A stretch of 64,000 bases of DNA from NCBI GenBank assembly GCA_963770895.1, contig CAVYRF010000001.1:1152001-1216000 (forward strand). The letters are read 5' to 3'. This stretch comes from an uncultured Acidobacteriota bacterium. GTDB taxonomy: Bacteria; Acidobacteriota; Thermoanaerobaculia; Multivoradales; UBA5704. The notes under the pieces were generated by a model. The model did not search any database, was not told the origin of the DNA, and saw only the letters and a list, made by a program, of their open reading frames with translations. Both the position numbers and the translations under genes were made by a program. Below are positions 9,001-17,871 of the stretch, piece by piece; the first letter of the stretch is position 1, and every line of letters starts with the position of its first letter.

Positions 9001-11536
9001 CACCGAGAGCACCACCTTTGCCTGCTGCCACCGCATGCCCGGCGGCAGCCAGGTCGCCGCCGGCAGCGTGCCGCTGGGCAGGCCGATCGGCAACACCCGT
9101 CTCCTGCTGCTCGGCCGCTACGGCGAAGAGCTGCCGGCCGGTGCCTGGGGTGAGCTGTGGATCGGCGGCGACGGCCTGGCCCGCGGTTACGTTGGTCGGC
9201 CCGACCTGACCGCCGCCAGCTTCGCCCCCGACCCCGTGGGCGGTGTGCCAGGGGCGCGCCTCTATCGCACCGGCGACGTGGCACGCTGGCGGGCGGACGG
9301 CACGATCGAGTTCCGCGGCCGGCGTGACGGCCAGGTCAAGGTGCGCGGCTACCGCGTCGAGCTGGGCGAGATCGAAAGCGCCCTGCGCCGCCACCCGCGC
9401 GTCGAGCAGGCGGCGGTCGTGGCCCTGCGCCACCAGGCGCCGGCCGCCGCCGCGGCGGCAGCGGCGGTGCCCCAGCCGCCCGACGGCCAGCCCGCGGTCG
9501 ATGGGGGAGAGCTGCGGCTGGTGGCCTACGTCGTGCCGGCGCCGGTTGCGCCCGCCGCCGTCGGCGCGCCGGACCCGGCGACAGCAGGAGCGGCGGGCGG
9601 CGTTGGCGCGGCAGCGGCAGCGAGTGCAGGAGCGGCCGGCAGCGTAGCCGCCAGTGCGGTAGCGGGAGTGGGAGCAGAAGGCGCCGGCGACTCAGGCGCC
9701 GACGCGGCATCAGGAGCAGGCGCGGGGATCGTCGAGCAGTGGCGCGAGCTGTACGAGCAGACCTATGCGCGCGGCCTGCCGGCCGAGGCGGGCGGCGACG
9801 CCGCGTTCAACGTCCAGGGATGGAACAGCAGCTATACCGGCGAGCCGATCCCGGCCGCCGAGATGCGCGAGTGGCTGGACGGGATCAGCGGCCGGCTGCT
9901 GGCCCTGCCGCACCGGCGGGTCCTGGAGGTGGGCTGCGGCACCGGCCTGCTGCTCTTCCGCGTCGCGCCGCGGGCGGAAAGCTACCGCGGCACCGACTTT
10001 TCGGCGGTGGCGCTGGCGCAGGTGGCGGCCGAAGTGCAGCGGCGCGGCATCGCCGGCGTCCAGCTGGAGCAGCGGCAGGCCAGCGACTGGAGCGGCGTCG
10101 CCCCCGGCAGCGTCGACCTGGTGGTGCTCAACTCCGTGGTGCAGTACTTCCCCAGCGCCGACTACCTGGTGGCAGCGCTCGCCGGCGCCGCGGCGGCGGT
10201 GGCGCCGGGCGGTGCGATCTTCGTCGGCGACGTGCGCAGCCTGCCGCTGTTGCAGGCCTTCCACACGTCGGTCGAGCTGCACGCCGCAGCGGGCACGGTG
10301 TCCGCCGCGGAGCTGGCGCGCCGCGTGCGCCGCGGCATCGCCGGCGAACAGGAGCTGTGCGTCGATCCCGACCTGTTCCGCCAGCTGGCCGCCAGGCTGC
10401 CGGCGGCCACTGCCGTTCAGGTCCAGCTGCATCGCGGCCGCCACGCCAACGAGCTGACGCGGTTCCGCTACGACGTGATCCTGCGGGTCGGCGCCGCGGT
10501 GCCGCCGGCACCGCCGCCAGCACTGCCGCGGCTCGATTGGCGCGCCGAAAAGTTGACGCTGGGCGAGCTGGAGCGGCGCCTGCGCCTGCGGCTCGCCCCA
10601 GGCGAGAGCGCGCGCGACGGCGCGCCGGTGCTCACCGTCTGTGGAGTCCCCAACGCCCGGCTCGCCGCCGAGGCGGTGGCGCTCGAACTGATGGCAGACC
10701 CGGGCACGGTGGCGACGGCGAGCGCGGCCGATCTGCGCGCCGAAGTCGCGCGCCGTCTGGCGGTGCTTGCGGCGGACCCGGCGACGGCGCCGGTCGACCC
10801 GGAAGACCTGTGGGCGTTGGGCGACCGGCTGGGCTGCCAGGCCGAGGTCGGCTGGCCGGCGGACGGCGGCGCCGGGGGCACCCTGGAGGTGCGCTTCCGG
10901 TCCACCGCGCCGGCCGCGGCCCACGCGGCCCCCATGGCCGATACGCCCGCCGCCGCCGCGGCACCCGCCGAGCCTTTACGCTGGGGTGCGTTCACCAACG
11001 ATCCGCTGGCGATCGTCGAACAGCGGCGGCTGGCCGGCGAGCTGCGGCGCCACCTGGACGCGACGCTGCCCGAATACATGGTGCCCGCCGCGTTCGTCGT
11101 GCTGGACGCGCTGCCGCTCACCGCCAACGGCAAGGTCGACCAGGCGGCGCTGCCGCCGCCGGACGCGCCCGGCCAGCAGGCGGAGCGCTGGGTGGCGCCG
11201 GCGACGCCGCTCGAGCGGCTGCTGGCCGAGGTGACCGTCGAGCTGCTGGGGATCGAGCGCGCCGGGCTGCGCGACAACTTCTTCGCCTTGGGTGGCCACT
11301 CGCTGCTGGCCACCCAGCTGGTGTCCCGCCTCACCCAGGAGCACGGCCTGGCGGTGACCTTGCGCATGGTGTTCGACGCCGCCGACCTGGGCGACCTGGC
11401 CGACCGCATCGTCGAGCAGGAGCTGGCGGGCGCCGACGACGAGCTGCTGCAAGCTGCCCTGGGCGAGCTCGACGGCCTGGGCGCGGACGACCTGGAGCTG
11501 GCCGCGCTGGGCGACGCCGCGGAGGCCGAACGATGA
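3008..11536 (+). CDS. Two-module NRPS: C(HHLVTDWIS)-A-T-C-A(N-MT interrupted, Val-type)-T
   Basis: Two full A-motif sets and two GGHSL carriers. MT motifs GWNSSYTG, VLEVGCGTG and LNSVVQYFP lie between A8 and A9. The second A code, read by eye, is DALWLGGTFK (Val-type). Confidence 0.95.
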   Translation: MSGVAGRIAALSPEQRALFEKLRQQQQRAARRLDPPPIARVSGATGQGDWPLSLDQERFWFMEQLYSNHAGLNITAATRLRGRLAVPLLGKALAAVVRRHAAWRTTFPATAAGAPLQRVAPPAGRGAAGAGGGEVRLAMIDLSALPAAVHAAQVSRLVDQDTAAPFDLARGPLVRAHLLRLSAVDHVCVLTVHHLVTDWISFQIAWSELAAAYQALAAGRPAALPEPPVHYPDFAVWQRAWLSGEVLAELESWWRQTLAGVPLVLDLPLDRPRPAVARMRGGRRPVAASPELSEALRALGRRHGATLFMTVLAATGVLIHRDSGQERLVLGANNANRNRPEIEPVLGCFLTQVPFVIDLTGDPAWSELLTRVRQSALGSFGHQDLPFGKLVEAVRPERDASRQPVIQTLVQVLDAQYSKVEMAGVSFEAVDSYDGRARYDLMLSLYDAPGGIAGSLEYDADLFDAATVERMVERFLLQAAAAAADPGLRLSQLPVLSAAARHQALHEWNDTEWPAPPWTVPGRIAAQALATPDAAAVVAQEGGLVLSYGELARRAGGLAGGLRAAGVGTESRVALALQRGADIPLAILAVWLAGGAYVPLDPDSPRERLARLLADAAPRLVVHRGPLPVELPAGLAGFDLAGWEPGAAAPGEAPPAAMTLLAAASPAAGVASAVGEAGEAGGPRADQLAYLLYTSGTTGLPKAAMIEHGGLAAMLAALGERLDLRAGDRVPAMAPYVFDASLLEMFLPLLVGGVVEVLSADQVLDLDRLLAAMARATQVLTVPAQMRRLPPDLAERQPGRFAGLRALSVGGDVVTPDLQARLLATFPAAALHVMYGPTEISILCTGFHVPRWRPAERSLIGWPLPGVEALVVDRRLAGGPDAPVEQEAAAVSGPPAANPAPAAPPAPFALVAPGVPGELWIGGRGVGRGYFGRDQLTAQKFVVAGGRRFYRTGDLVRQVHAWGGALEFLARTDQQVKVRGVRVEPGEVEAALRAHPSVADAVVAARPAADGENLLVAYWVAAAPVAPGAASAPDLLTHLRQTLPAALVPAVLVPLAELPRNAAGKVDRQRLPVPPSFAAGGAAGAAGGDGAVARGAVEELVAGIWCQVLGVASVPAAADFFALGGHSLLATQVISRLRAATGVELPVREMFQSPTVEALARAVTAALAAGGAGNAGAMPPAIGRAARDGELPLSFAQERLWFLDRLAPGSAAYHIPVALRAQGALSLPAMAAALDAMTQRHEALRTTFGASRGAGGGAVAAGGAAALRGGPRPVQVVNAPVAAAPLPVIDLAALPPAEREAEARRLVDAEVARPFDLERDAVLRQSALRLGAADHVLLLVVHHIAADGWSIGVMVREITALYAAAVAARPAALPPLPVQYADFAVWQRQWLRGEALERQLAYWRRRLAAAPALDLPTDRPRPAAQSFRGATRMHAVPAATAAALRETARRGDATLFMLLLAAFQTLLGRYAGRDDVVVGTPIANRTRAEIEPLIGFFVNTLVLRGDLAGDPPFGELLARTRRAALEAYSHQDLPFERLVEELRPERRLAHNPLFQVMFAVQNTPLGAVELPGVAFAPVELTFPATRFDLELFFTEVDGALAVQLTYSTDLFDRATMLRLLGHLDRLLAALPAAAPQRLSQLALLAPEERQQLAREWNDTAAQLPAAGVAARFAHQARRRPDAVALSWEDGEITYAELARRAAAVAAALRNAGIGAEARVALAAQRGPALVAGILGILAVGGAYVPLDPSYPTERLAFMLDDSQAQAVLGDPELTEGLPAGLPRLDLTAAFAGGGQPQAAFAPRGVDLDGLAYVMYTSGSTGRPKGVGVTHRGILRLVAGGGWREPHPGSDGAVDVANGAHAADAADFANAAGRAECADDRMPGAFVELGPGQVFLQLAPVSFDASTLELWAPLLHGGRLAIFPPRRPALADLAQAVARWGVSSLWLTAGLFHQMVDHELASLAGLTQLLAGGDVLSPAHVRRALAALPAITLVNGYGPTESTTFACCHRMPGGSQVAAGSVPLGRPIGNTRLLLLGRYGEELPAGAWGELWIGGDGLARGYVGRPDLTAASFAPDPVGGVPGARLYRTGDVARWRADGTIEFRGRRDGQVKVRGYRVELGEIESALRRHPRVEQAAVVALRHQAPAAAAAAAAVPQPPDGQPAVDGGELRLVAYVVPAPVAPAAVGAPDPATAGAAGGVGAAAAASAGAAGSVAASAVAGVGAEGAGDSGADAASGAGAGIVEQWRELYEQTYARGLPAEAGGDAAFNVQGWNSSYTGEPIPAAEMREWLDGISGRLLALPHRRVLEVGCGTGLLLFRVAPRAESYRGTDFSAVALAQVAAEVQRRGIAGVQLEQRQASDWSGVAPGSVDLVVLNSVVQYFPSADYLVAALAGAAAAVAPGGAIFVGDVRSLPLLQAFHTSVELHAAAGTVSAAELARRVRRGIAGEQELCVDPDLFRQLAARLPAATAVQVQLHRGRHANELTRFRYDVILRVGAAVPPAPPPALPRLDWRAEKLTLGELERRLRLRLAPGESARDGAPVLTVCGVPNARLAAEAVALELMADPGTVATASAADLRAEVARRLAVLAADPATAPVDPEDLWALGDRLGCQAEVGWPADGGAGGTLEVRFRSTAPAAAHAAPMADTPAAAAAPAEPLRWGAFTNDPLAIVEQRRLAGELRRHLDATLPEYMVPAAFVVLDALPLTANGKVDQAALPPPDAPGQQAERWVAPATPLERLLAEVTVELLGIERAGLRDNFFALGGHSLLATQLVSRLTQEHGLAVTLRMVFDAADLGDLADRIVEQELAGADDELLQAALGELDGLGADDLELAALGDAAEAER

Positions 11537-14500
11537 GTCCCGGAGCGCCGGCGGCGGACCGCCTGGCAGGGCTCTCACGCGAGCAGCGGGCGCTGCTGTT
11601 CGAACAGGTGCGCAAGCGCAAGGAGGCCGCCGCGGCGCCGTCCGGGCGCATCCCGCGCCGTCCGGCGAGCATGGCCGCGGTGCCCGCCTCGTTCGCCCAG
11701 GAGCGGCTCTGGTTCATGGACCGCCTGGCGCCCGGCAACCCCGCCTTCAATATCTCCTATGCCCTGCGCCTGCGAGGCCGCTCGTCGCCGGCGGTGGTGA
11801 CGGCGGTGCTCAACGAGGTGGTGCGCCGCCACGAGGCGCTGCGCACCACCTTTGCCGAGCGCGGCGGCCAGCCGCTGCAGGTGATCGCGCCGCCCGCGGC
11901 CGCCGGCCTGCGGCTGCCGGTGATCGACCTGGCGGCGCTGCCCGCCGGCAGGCGCGCCGCCGCCGTGCGCGGCCTGGCCGAGCGCGAGTCGCAATGGCGC
12001 TTCCGCCTGGAGAGCGGGCCGCTGTTGCGCACCCTGCTGCTGCGCCTGGCCCCCGACGAGCACGTGCTGATGCTCGTCATGCATCACATCATCTCCGACG
12101 GCTGGTCGATGGGAGTGCTGGCGCGCGAGATCACCGCGGTCTGGCGCGTGATCGCCGCCGCCGGCGCCGCGCCGCTGCCGCCGCTGCCCATCCAGTACGC
12201 CGACTTCGCGCTCTGGCAGCGCTCCTGGCTGAGCGGCGCCGAGCTGGAACGGCAGGTGGACTACTGGCGCCAGCGCCTGGCCGGCGCCGCCGACTCGCTC
12301 GACCTGCCGGCGGACCGGCCGCGGCCGGCGGCGCAGACCTACCGCGGGGCGCAGCTGCGCGGCGTGCTGGCGGCGGGCCTGATGGCGCGGCTGCGGCAGC
12401 TCGCGCGGCAGCACGAAGCCAGCCCCTACATGGCGCTGCTGGCGGGGTTCCAGGCGCTGCTGGGCCGGTTGAGCGGCCAGGGCGACCTGAGCGTCGGCTC
12501 GCCGATCGCCAATCGCAACCGCGCCGAGCTCGAGCCGCTCATCGGCTTCTTCGTCAACACCCTGGTGATGCGCGGCGACCTGGCGGGCGACCCGCCGTTC
12601 GACGACCTCCTGGCGCGCACCCGCAAGTCGGCGCTGGAGGCGTTCGCCCACCAGGACCTGCCGTTCGAGCGCCTGGTCGTCGAGCTACGGCCGGAGCGCC
12701 GGCTGTCGGTGACGCCGCTCTTTCAGGTCGTCTGCGCCCTGCAGAACGCGCCTTTGGGCGGCATGGACCTGCCCGGCCTGACGGTGGCCCCGGTCCCGCT
12801 CGAGGTGACGACCGCGCAGTTCGACCTGGAGCTGCACGGCTGGGAGCAGGACGACGGGTCGCTCCTGGCGATGGTCTACTACAGCACCGAGCTGTTCGAC
12901 GCCGCCACCGCGCGCCGCTTCGTGGGCCAGCTGGACACCCTGCTCGATGCGGCCACGGACGATCCCGGCCTGCGGCTGACCGCGCTGCCGCTGCTCACCG
13001 CCGCCGAGCGCCACCAGCTGCTGCGCGAATGGAGCCAGGGCGGCCCGTCGCCGGCGCTGGGTGCGCCGGACCTGGACATCGCCACGCGGGTTTTGGCGCG
13101 CGCCGCGCAGACCCCCGATGCCGTGGCCGTTGCCTGGAGCGGCGGCGAGCTGCGCTACGGCGAGCTGGCCGCCCGCGCCACGCAGCTTGCCGGCGACCTC
13201 GCTTCGCTTGGCGTCGCGGCGGACACGCTGGTCGGCGTCTGCGCCGGCCGCTCGCCCGAGCTGGTCATCGGCGCGCTGACGGTGCTGCTGGCGGGCGGCG
13301 CCTACCTGCCGCTCGATCCGTCCTATCCGCGCCAGCGCCTGGCCGCCATCGTCCGCCAGAGCGGCATCCGCATCCTGCTGGCGGCCGGCACGGCCGGTGT
13401 TGCGGGTGGGCCGGCCGATTGGGCGGCCCCCGAAGTACGCGTGCTGCCGATCGCGCGCCCGGCGCCCCCGGCCGCCGGCGACCCGGCAGCGCGCGCCGCC
13501 GACCCCCGCCAGCTCGCCTACGTGATCTACACGTCGGGTTCGACCGGGCAGCCCAAGGGGGTGGCGATCTCGCGGCACGGCCTGGCGGCGATGGTGGCCT
13601 GGCACCTGGACGCCTATGCGATCAGCGGGCAGGACCGCTCGGCGCTGCTTGCCTCGCCGGCCTTCGACGCCTCGGTCTGGGAGATGTGGCCCTACCTGGC
13701 GGCCGGCGCCAGCCTGCATATCCCCGACGACGAAGTGCGCCTGATGCCGGACCGCCTGCTCGCCTGGCTGGCGGCTCAGGCCATCACCCTGGCCCACCCC
13801 ACCACGCCGATGGCCGAGCCGCTGCTGGCGCAGCTGGACGCGACCGGCGCGCCGCCAGGTCTGCGGCTGCGGGCGATGCTCACCGGCGGCGACCGTCTGC
13901 AACGCCGGCCGCGCCAGGGGCTCGGCTTCGAGCTCTTCAATCACTACGGCCCCACCGAATCGAGCGTCGTCGCGACCGCGGCCCGCGTCGAGCCGCCGCC
14001 TGAGAGCAGCGGGGTTGGCGTGCGCCCGCCGTCGATCGGCCGCCCCATCGCCGGCAGCCGCGCCTACGTGGTCGACGCCCGCCTGGCGCCGGCGGCCGCC
14101 CTGGTGCCGGGCGAGCTGCTGCTGGGCGGCGAAGGCCTGGCGCGCGGTTACGCCGCGGCGCCCGACCAGACGGCACAGCGGTTCGTCCCCGACCCCTTCG
14201 CCGCGGCCCCCGGCGGCCAGCGCCTGTACCGCACCGGCGACTTGGTGCGCTGGCTGCCCGACGGCACCCTGGAGTTTCTCGGCCGCCTCGACAGCCAGGT
14301 CAAGCTCCGCGGCTTCCGCATCGAGCTGGGCGAGATCGGCAGCACCCTCCAGCGCCATCCAGCCGTCGCCGCCGCGGCCGTGGGCCTGGTGGATACCGGC
14401 GGCGGCCCGCGCCTCGCCGCCTGGGTCGTGCCGCGCACGCAAGCGGAGCTGGCCGCCGCCGGCTGGCAGCCGGCGGGTGACGACCACGTGGCCCAATGGC

Positions 14501-17500
14501 GGCGCCTCTACGACGAAACCTACCAAGCCGGCCAGCCCGCCGCGAACGGCGCAGAATCCGCCGGAACACCAGGCACAGCCGCCGGCGAAGCCGGCGAGAG
14601 CGACGCTCCGGCCGATTTCAACCTGCGCGGCTGGAACAGCAGCTACACCGGGCAGGCGATCCCGCCGGAGGAGATGCGCGAATGGGTTGACGGCACGGTC
14701 GAGCGGCTCCTTTCGCTCGCGCCCAGGCGCGTGCTGGAGATCGGCTGCGGCACCGGGCTGCTGCTGTTACGCGTCGCGCCGCATACCGAAAGCTACCTGG
14801 CGACCGACTTCTCGCGCGTCGCGCTCGCCGGCATCCGGCGCCGTCTGGACCAGCCCGGCCGCGACCTGCCCCAGGTGCGCCTGCTGGAGGCCGCCGCCGA
14901 CGACTGGAGCGGCATCCCCGCGGGCGCCTTCGACCTGGTGATCCTCAATTCGGTCGTGCAGTACTTTCCCGGCGTCGACTACCTGCTGCGTGTGCTCGCA
15001 GGCGCCGTGCACGCCCTGGCGCCGGGCGGCGCGATCTTCGTCGGCGACGTGCGCAGCCTGCCGCTGCTGCCGGCGCAGGCTCTTTCCGTCGAGCTGTTTC
15101 AGGCGCCGGACGCCTGCCGCACCGACGACCTGGCGCGGCGGGTGCGGCGGCGGGTGGTGGGCGAAGAGGAGCTTGCCCTCGATCCGCGCTTCTTCGGTGT
15201 GGCGGCGCGCCGCCTGGGCGCGACGCGCGACGCCGCGGTGTTGATCAAGCGAGGCCGCGCCCACAACGAGCTGACGCGCTTCCGCTACGACGCCTTGCTG
15301 CGCTTCGACACCGGCGCCGCGGGCCAGGCCGCGCCGGTCCGCGCGGCGGCATGGCACTCCGTATCCGGCCTGGAGGTGGACGCCGACGGGCTCGATCTGC
15401 CGGCCATCGAAAATCTCCTGCGCGACCTCGCCGCCGGCGGCACCGCTGCCGGCAGCGAGTCCCTGGTCCTGTCGCGCCTGCCCAACGCGCGGCTCGCCGC
15501 CGAGGCCGCGGCGCTCGCACTGCTCGAACGCCACGACCGCGCCGCCGCCACCGCCGGCGAGCTGCGCCAGGCGGCGCACCAGCGCGCGACCGCGGGGGTC
15601 GATCCCGAGGCGCTGTGGCAGCTGGCGCACGCCCACGGCTGGGACGCCGATCTGCTGGTCGAACCCACGGCGCCAGTCCACTTTGCCGCCGTCCTGCGCC
15701 GCCGCGCTCATCCCGCCGGAGCACAGGGCGCCGCGCCCGCATCCGTGCCCGCGTCCGCAGCGTCCGGCGCGCCAGAAGCGCCGCTCGCCGCCGCGGGCCT
15801 GGACACGCTGGCGCTGCAGTCGCTGGCCAACGATCCGCTGCGCGGCCCGCTGGAGCGCCGCCTGGTGCCGGAGCTGCGCCGCGACCTGGCGGCCAGGCTG
15901 CCGGACTACATGGTGCCGGCGGCGTTCGTGCTGCTCGATCGCCTGCCGCTCACCCACAACGGCAAGGTCGACCAGGCGGCCCTGCCAGCGCCGGACGCCC
16001 TGGGCGATGCCAAGCGGGAAGGCACTCCGCCGCACCCCGGCCTTGAGGCCCGCCTGGCCGCGGTATGGGGCGAGCTGCTCGGCATCGCCACCCCCGGCGG
16101 TCAAGCGGGGGAAGCGGGGGAGCCGGGGGCCGCGGCGGCATCGGCCGGCGTGGCCGGCGCGGGCGCCGCGGGCATCGCGCGCGAAGACAACTTCTTCGAG
16201 CTGGGCGGCCACTCGCTGCTGGCAACCCAGCTGGTCTCCCGCCTGCGCACCGTTTTCGGCGTCGACCTGCCGCTGCGGCGGGTGTTCGAAAAGCCGGTCC
16301 TGGCCGACCTGTGCGACGCCCTGGCGCAGGAGCTGGCGGCGCATCCCGAGGCAGCGGCCCTCGTCGCGCTCACCGCGCTGGCCGCGCCCCCGGTCGCCGG
16401 TAACGCCGCCGTCGCCGTCGCCGCCCTCGACCAGCCGGCGGGACCCGTCGAGGCGCCGCTATCGTTTGCCCAGGAGCGCTTCTGGGCCGCCACCCGCGAC
16501 GCGCCCACGGCCTACAACGTGCCGTCGCCGCTGCGCCTGGTCGGCGCCCTGCGCCACCAGGTCGTCGAGCGCTGCTTCGGCGAAGTGCTGCGGCGCCACG
16601 GCACGCTGCGCACCCGCTTCGTCGAGCGCGCGGATGGGGAGCTGCGCCAGGTCGTCGAGCCGCCGCGCCCCTGGCACCTGCCGCAGATCGACCTCAGCCG
16701 CCTGCCCGCCGCCGCCCGCCAGAGCGAAGCGCGGCGGCTGGTCGACGAAGACACCTGCCGGCCCTTCGATCTCGCCGCCGGCAAGGTCTTTCGCGCCGCC
16801 CTGGCCCGGCTCACGCCGGGCGAGCACGTGCTGCTGATCAACGCCCACCACATCGTCGTCGACGGCTGGTCGATGGGCCTGATGGTGGGCGAGCTGACCG
16901 CGCTCTACCACGCCTTTGCCAACGGCCAGGCCTCGCCGCTGCCCGAGCTGACGGCGCGCTACGTCGACCTGGCGCTCGAACAGCGCCAGCGGCTGTCGGG
17001 CGCCGTCCTCGCAGAGCGCCTCGACCTGTGGCAGCGCCGCCTGGCCGGCGCCCCGCCGATGCTCGCCCTGCCCACCGACCGGCCGCGCCCGCTCCATCCC
17101 ACCCATCGCGGCGATCGCATCCGGCGCCTGCTCCCCACCGTCCAGCTGGAGCGCCTGAAGGCGATCAGCAACCGCGCCCGCGCCTCCCTCTACATGACCC
17201 TGCTCGCCGCCCTGGCGCTGGTCCTGGAGCGCGTCACCGGCCAGCACGACATGGTGGTCGGCACACCGCTCGCCGGGCGCCTGCGCGCCGAATCCGAGCC
17301 GCTCATCGGCGTCTTTCTGAACATGCTGCCGTTGCGCGTCGACCTGACCGGCAGCCACAGCTTCGCGGAGCTCCTGCCGCGCGTCCGCAAGACCGTCCTG
17401 GAAGGCTTCGAAAACCAGGAGGTCCCCTTCGAGCCCCTGCTGCGGCGCCTGGGCCTGCGCCGCCAGGCCTCGCACTACCCGCTGTTCCAGATCACCCTCA

Positions 17501-17742
17501 ACATGCTCAACCTCCCCGAGACCGGCGGCCGCCTCCCCGGCCTCGCCGTCGAGCCGCTGCCCCTCCACCAATTCGAATCGAAATACGACTTCACCCTCTA
17601 CGCCATCGAAGTCCCCGACGGCCTCATCCTGGACCTGCTCTACAGCCGCGAGCTCTTCGACCGCCCACGCATGGATGCCCTCCTGGACGACCTGATGGTC
17701 ACCCTGGACCACGCCGTCGCGACGGACCCCGTTCACGCCTGA
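11533..17742 (+). CDS. NRPS C-A(N-MT interrupted, Leu-like code)-T-C (terminal C), about 2069 aa
   Basis: The likely start is the ATG at 11533 (MSPGAPAADRLAGLSREQRALL, a docking helix) overlapping the previous stop. The track's extension to 9739 overlaps the previous gene and is spurious. Motifs: HHIISDGWS, VLEIGCGTG, GGHSLLA, terminal HHIVVDGWS. Confidence 0.93.
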   Translation: MSPGAPAADRLAGLSREQRALLFEQVRKRKEAAAAPSGRIPRRPASMAAVPASFAQERLWFMDRLAPGNPAFNISYALRLRGRSSPAVVTAVLNEVVRRHEALRTTFAERGGQPLQVIAPPAAAGLRLPVIDLAALPAGRRAAAVRGLAERESQWRFRLESGPLLRTLLLRLAPDEHVLMLVMHHIISDGWSMGVLAREITAVWRVIAAAGAAPLPPLPIQYADFALWQRSWLSGAELERQVDYWRQRLAGAADSLDLPADRPRPAAQTYRGAQLRGVLAAGLMARLRQLARQHEASPYMALLAGFQALLGRLSGQGDLSVGSPIANRNRAELEPLIGFFVNTLVMRGDLAGDPPFDDLLARTRKSALEAFAHQDLPFERLVVELRPERRLSVTPLFQVVCALQNAPLGGMDLPGLTVAPVPLEVTTAQFDLELHGWEQDDGSLLAMVYYSTELFDAATARRFVGQLDTLLDAATDDPGLRLTALPLLTAAERHQLLREWSQGGPSPALGAPDLDIATRVLARAAQTPDAVAVAWSGGELRYGELAARATQLAGDLASLGVAADTLVGVCAGRSPELVIGALTVLLAGGAYLPLDPSYPRQRLAAIVRQSGIRILLAAGTAGVAGGPADWAAPEVRVLPIARPAPPAAGDPAARAADPRQLAYVIYTSGSTGQPKGVAISRHGLAAMVAWHLDAYAISGQDRSALLASPAFDASVWEMWPYLAAGASLHIPDDEVRLMPDRLLAWLAAQAITLAHPTTPMAEPLLAQLDATGAPPGLRLRAMLTGGDRLQRRPRQGLGFELFNHYGPTESSVVATAARVEPPPESSGVGVRPPSIGRPIAGSRAYVVDARLAPAAALVPGELLLGGEGLARGYAAAPDQTAQRFVPDPFAAAPGGQRLYRTGDLVRWLPDGTLEFLGRLDSQVKLRGFRIELGEIGSTLQRHPAVAAAAVGLVDTGGGPRLAAWVVPRTQAELAAAGWQPAGDDHVAQWRRLYDETYQAGQPAANGAESAGTPGTAAGEAGESDAPADFNLRGWNSSYTGQAIPPEEMREWVDGTVERLLSLAPRRVLEIGCGTGLLLLRVAPHTESYLATDFSRVALAGIRRRLDQPGRDLPQVRLLEAAADDWSGIPAGAFDLVILNSVVQYFPGVDYLLRVLAGAVHALAPGGAIFVGDVRSLPLLPAQALSVELFQAPDACRTDDLARRVRRRVVGEEELALDPRFFGVAARRLGATRDAAVLIKRGRAHNELTRFRYDALLRFDTGAAGQAAPVRAAAWHSVSGLEVDADGLDLPAIENLLRDLAAGGTAAGSESLVLSRLPNARLAAEAAALALLERHDRAAATAGELRQAAHQRATAGVDPEALWQLAHAHGWDADLLVEPTAPVHFAAVLRRRAHPAGAQGAAPASVPASAASGAPEAPLAAAGLDTLALQSLANDPLRGPLERRLVPELRRDLAARLPDYMVPAAFVLLDRLPLTHNGKVDQAALPAPDALGDAKREGTPPHPGLEARLAAVWGELLGIATPGGQAGEAGEPGAAAASAGVAGAGAAGIAREDNFFELGGHSLLATQLVSRLRTVFGVDLPLRRVFEKPVLADLCDALAQELAAHPEAAALVALTALAAPPVAGNAAVAVAALDQPAGPVEAPLSFAQERFWAATRDAPTAYNVPSPLRLVGALRHQVVERCFGEVLRRHGTLRTRFVERADGELRQVVEPPRPWHLPQIDLSRLPAAARQSEARRLVDEDTCRPFDLAAGKVFRAALARLTPGEHVLLINAHHIVVDGWSMGLMVGELTALYHAFANGQASPLPELTARYVDLALEQRQRLSGAVLAERLDLWQRRLAGAPPMLALPTDRPRPLHPTHRGDRIRRLLPTVQLERLKAISNRARASLYMTLLAALALVLERVTGQHDMVVGTPLAGRLRAESEPLIGVFLNMLPLRVDLTGSHSFAELLPRVRKTVLEGFENQEVPFEPLLRRLGLRRQASHYPLFQITLNMLNLPETGGRLPGLAVEPLPLHQFESKYDFTLYAIEVPDGLILDLLYSRELFDRPRMDALLDDLMVTLDHAVATDPVHA

Positions 17743-17871
17743 ATCGCTGCGCGGTTCGGCAAGTCCCGCCTGCCGCCCCTTCCGGCACTTCCATAGTGCC
17801 GCCCCCACAGCCGCAGAATTCAACCTTCCTTCGTGGGCGGAGGCCGGGAGCCGAATGCAAGGACCGGGAGG

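Noticed and set aside
9739-11532. N-terminal extension of the 2667-aa track ORF
   Set aside because: It overlaps the MT-T region of the preceding NRPS in another frame. The real start is the ATGA overlap at 11533.
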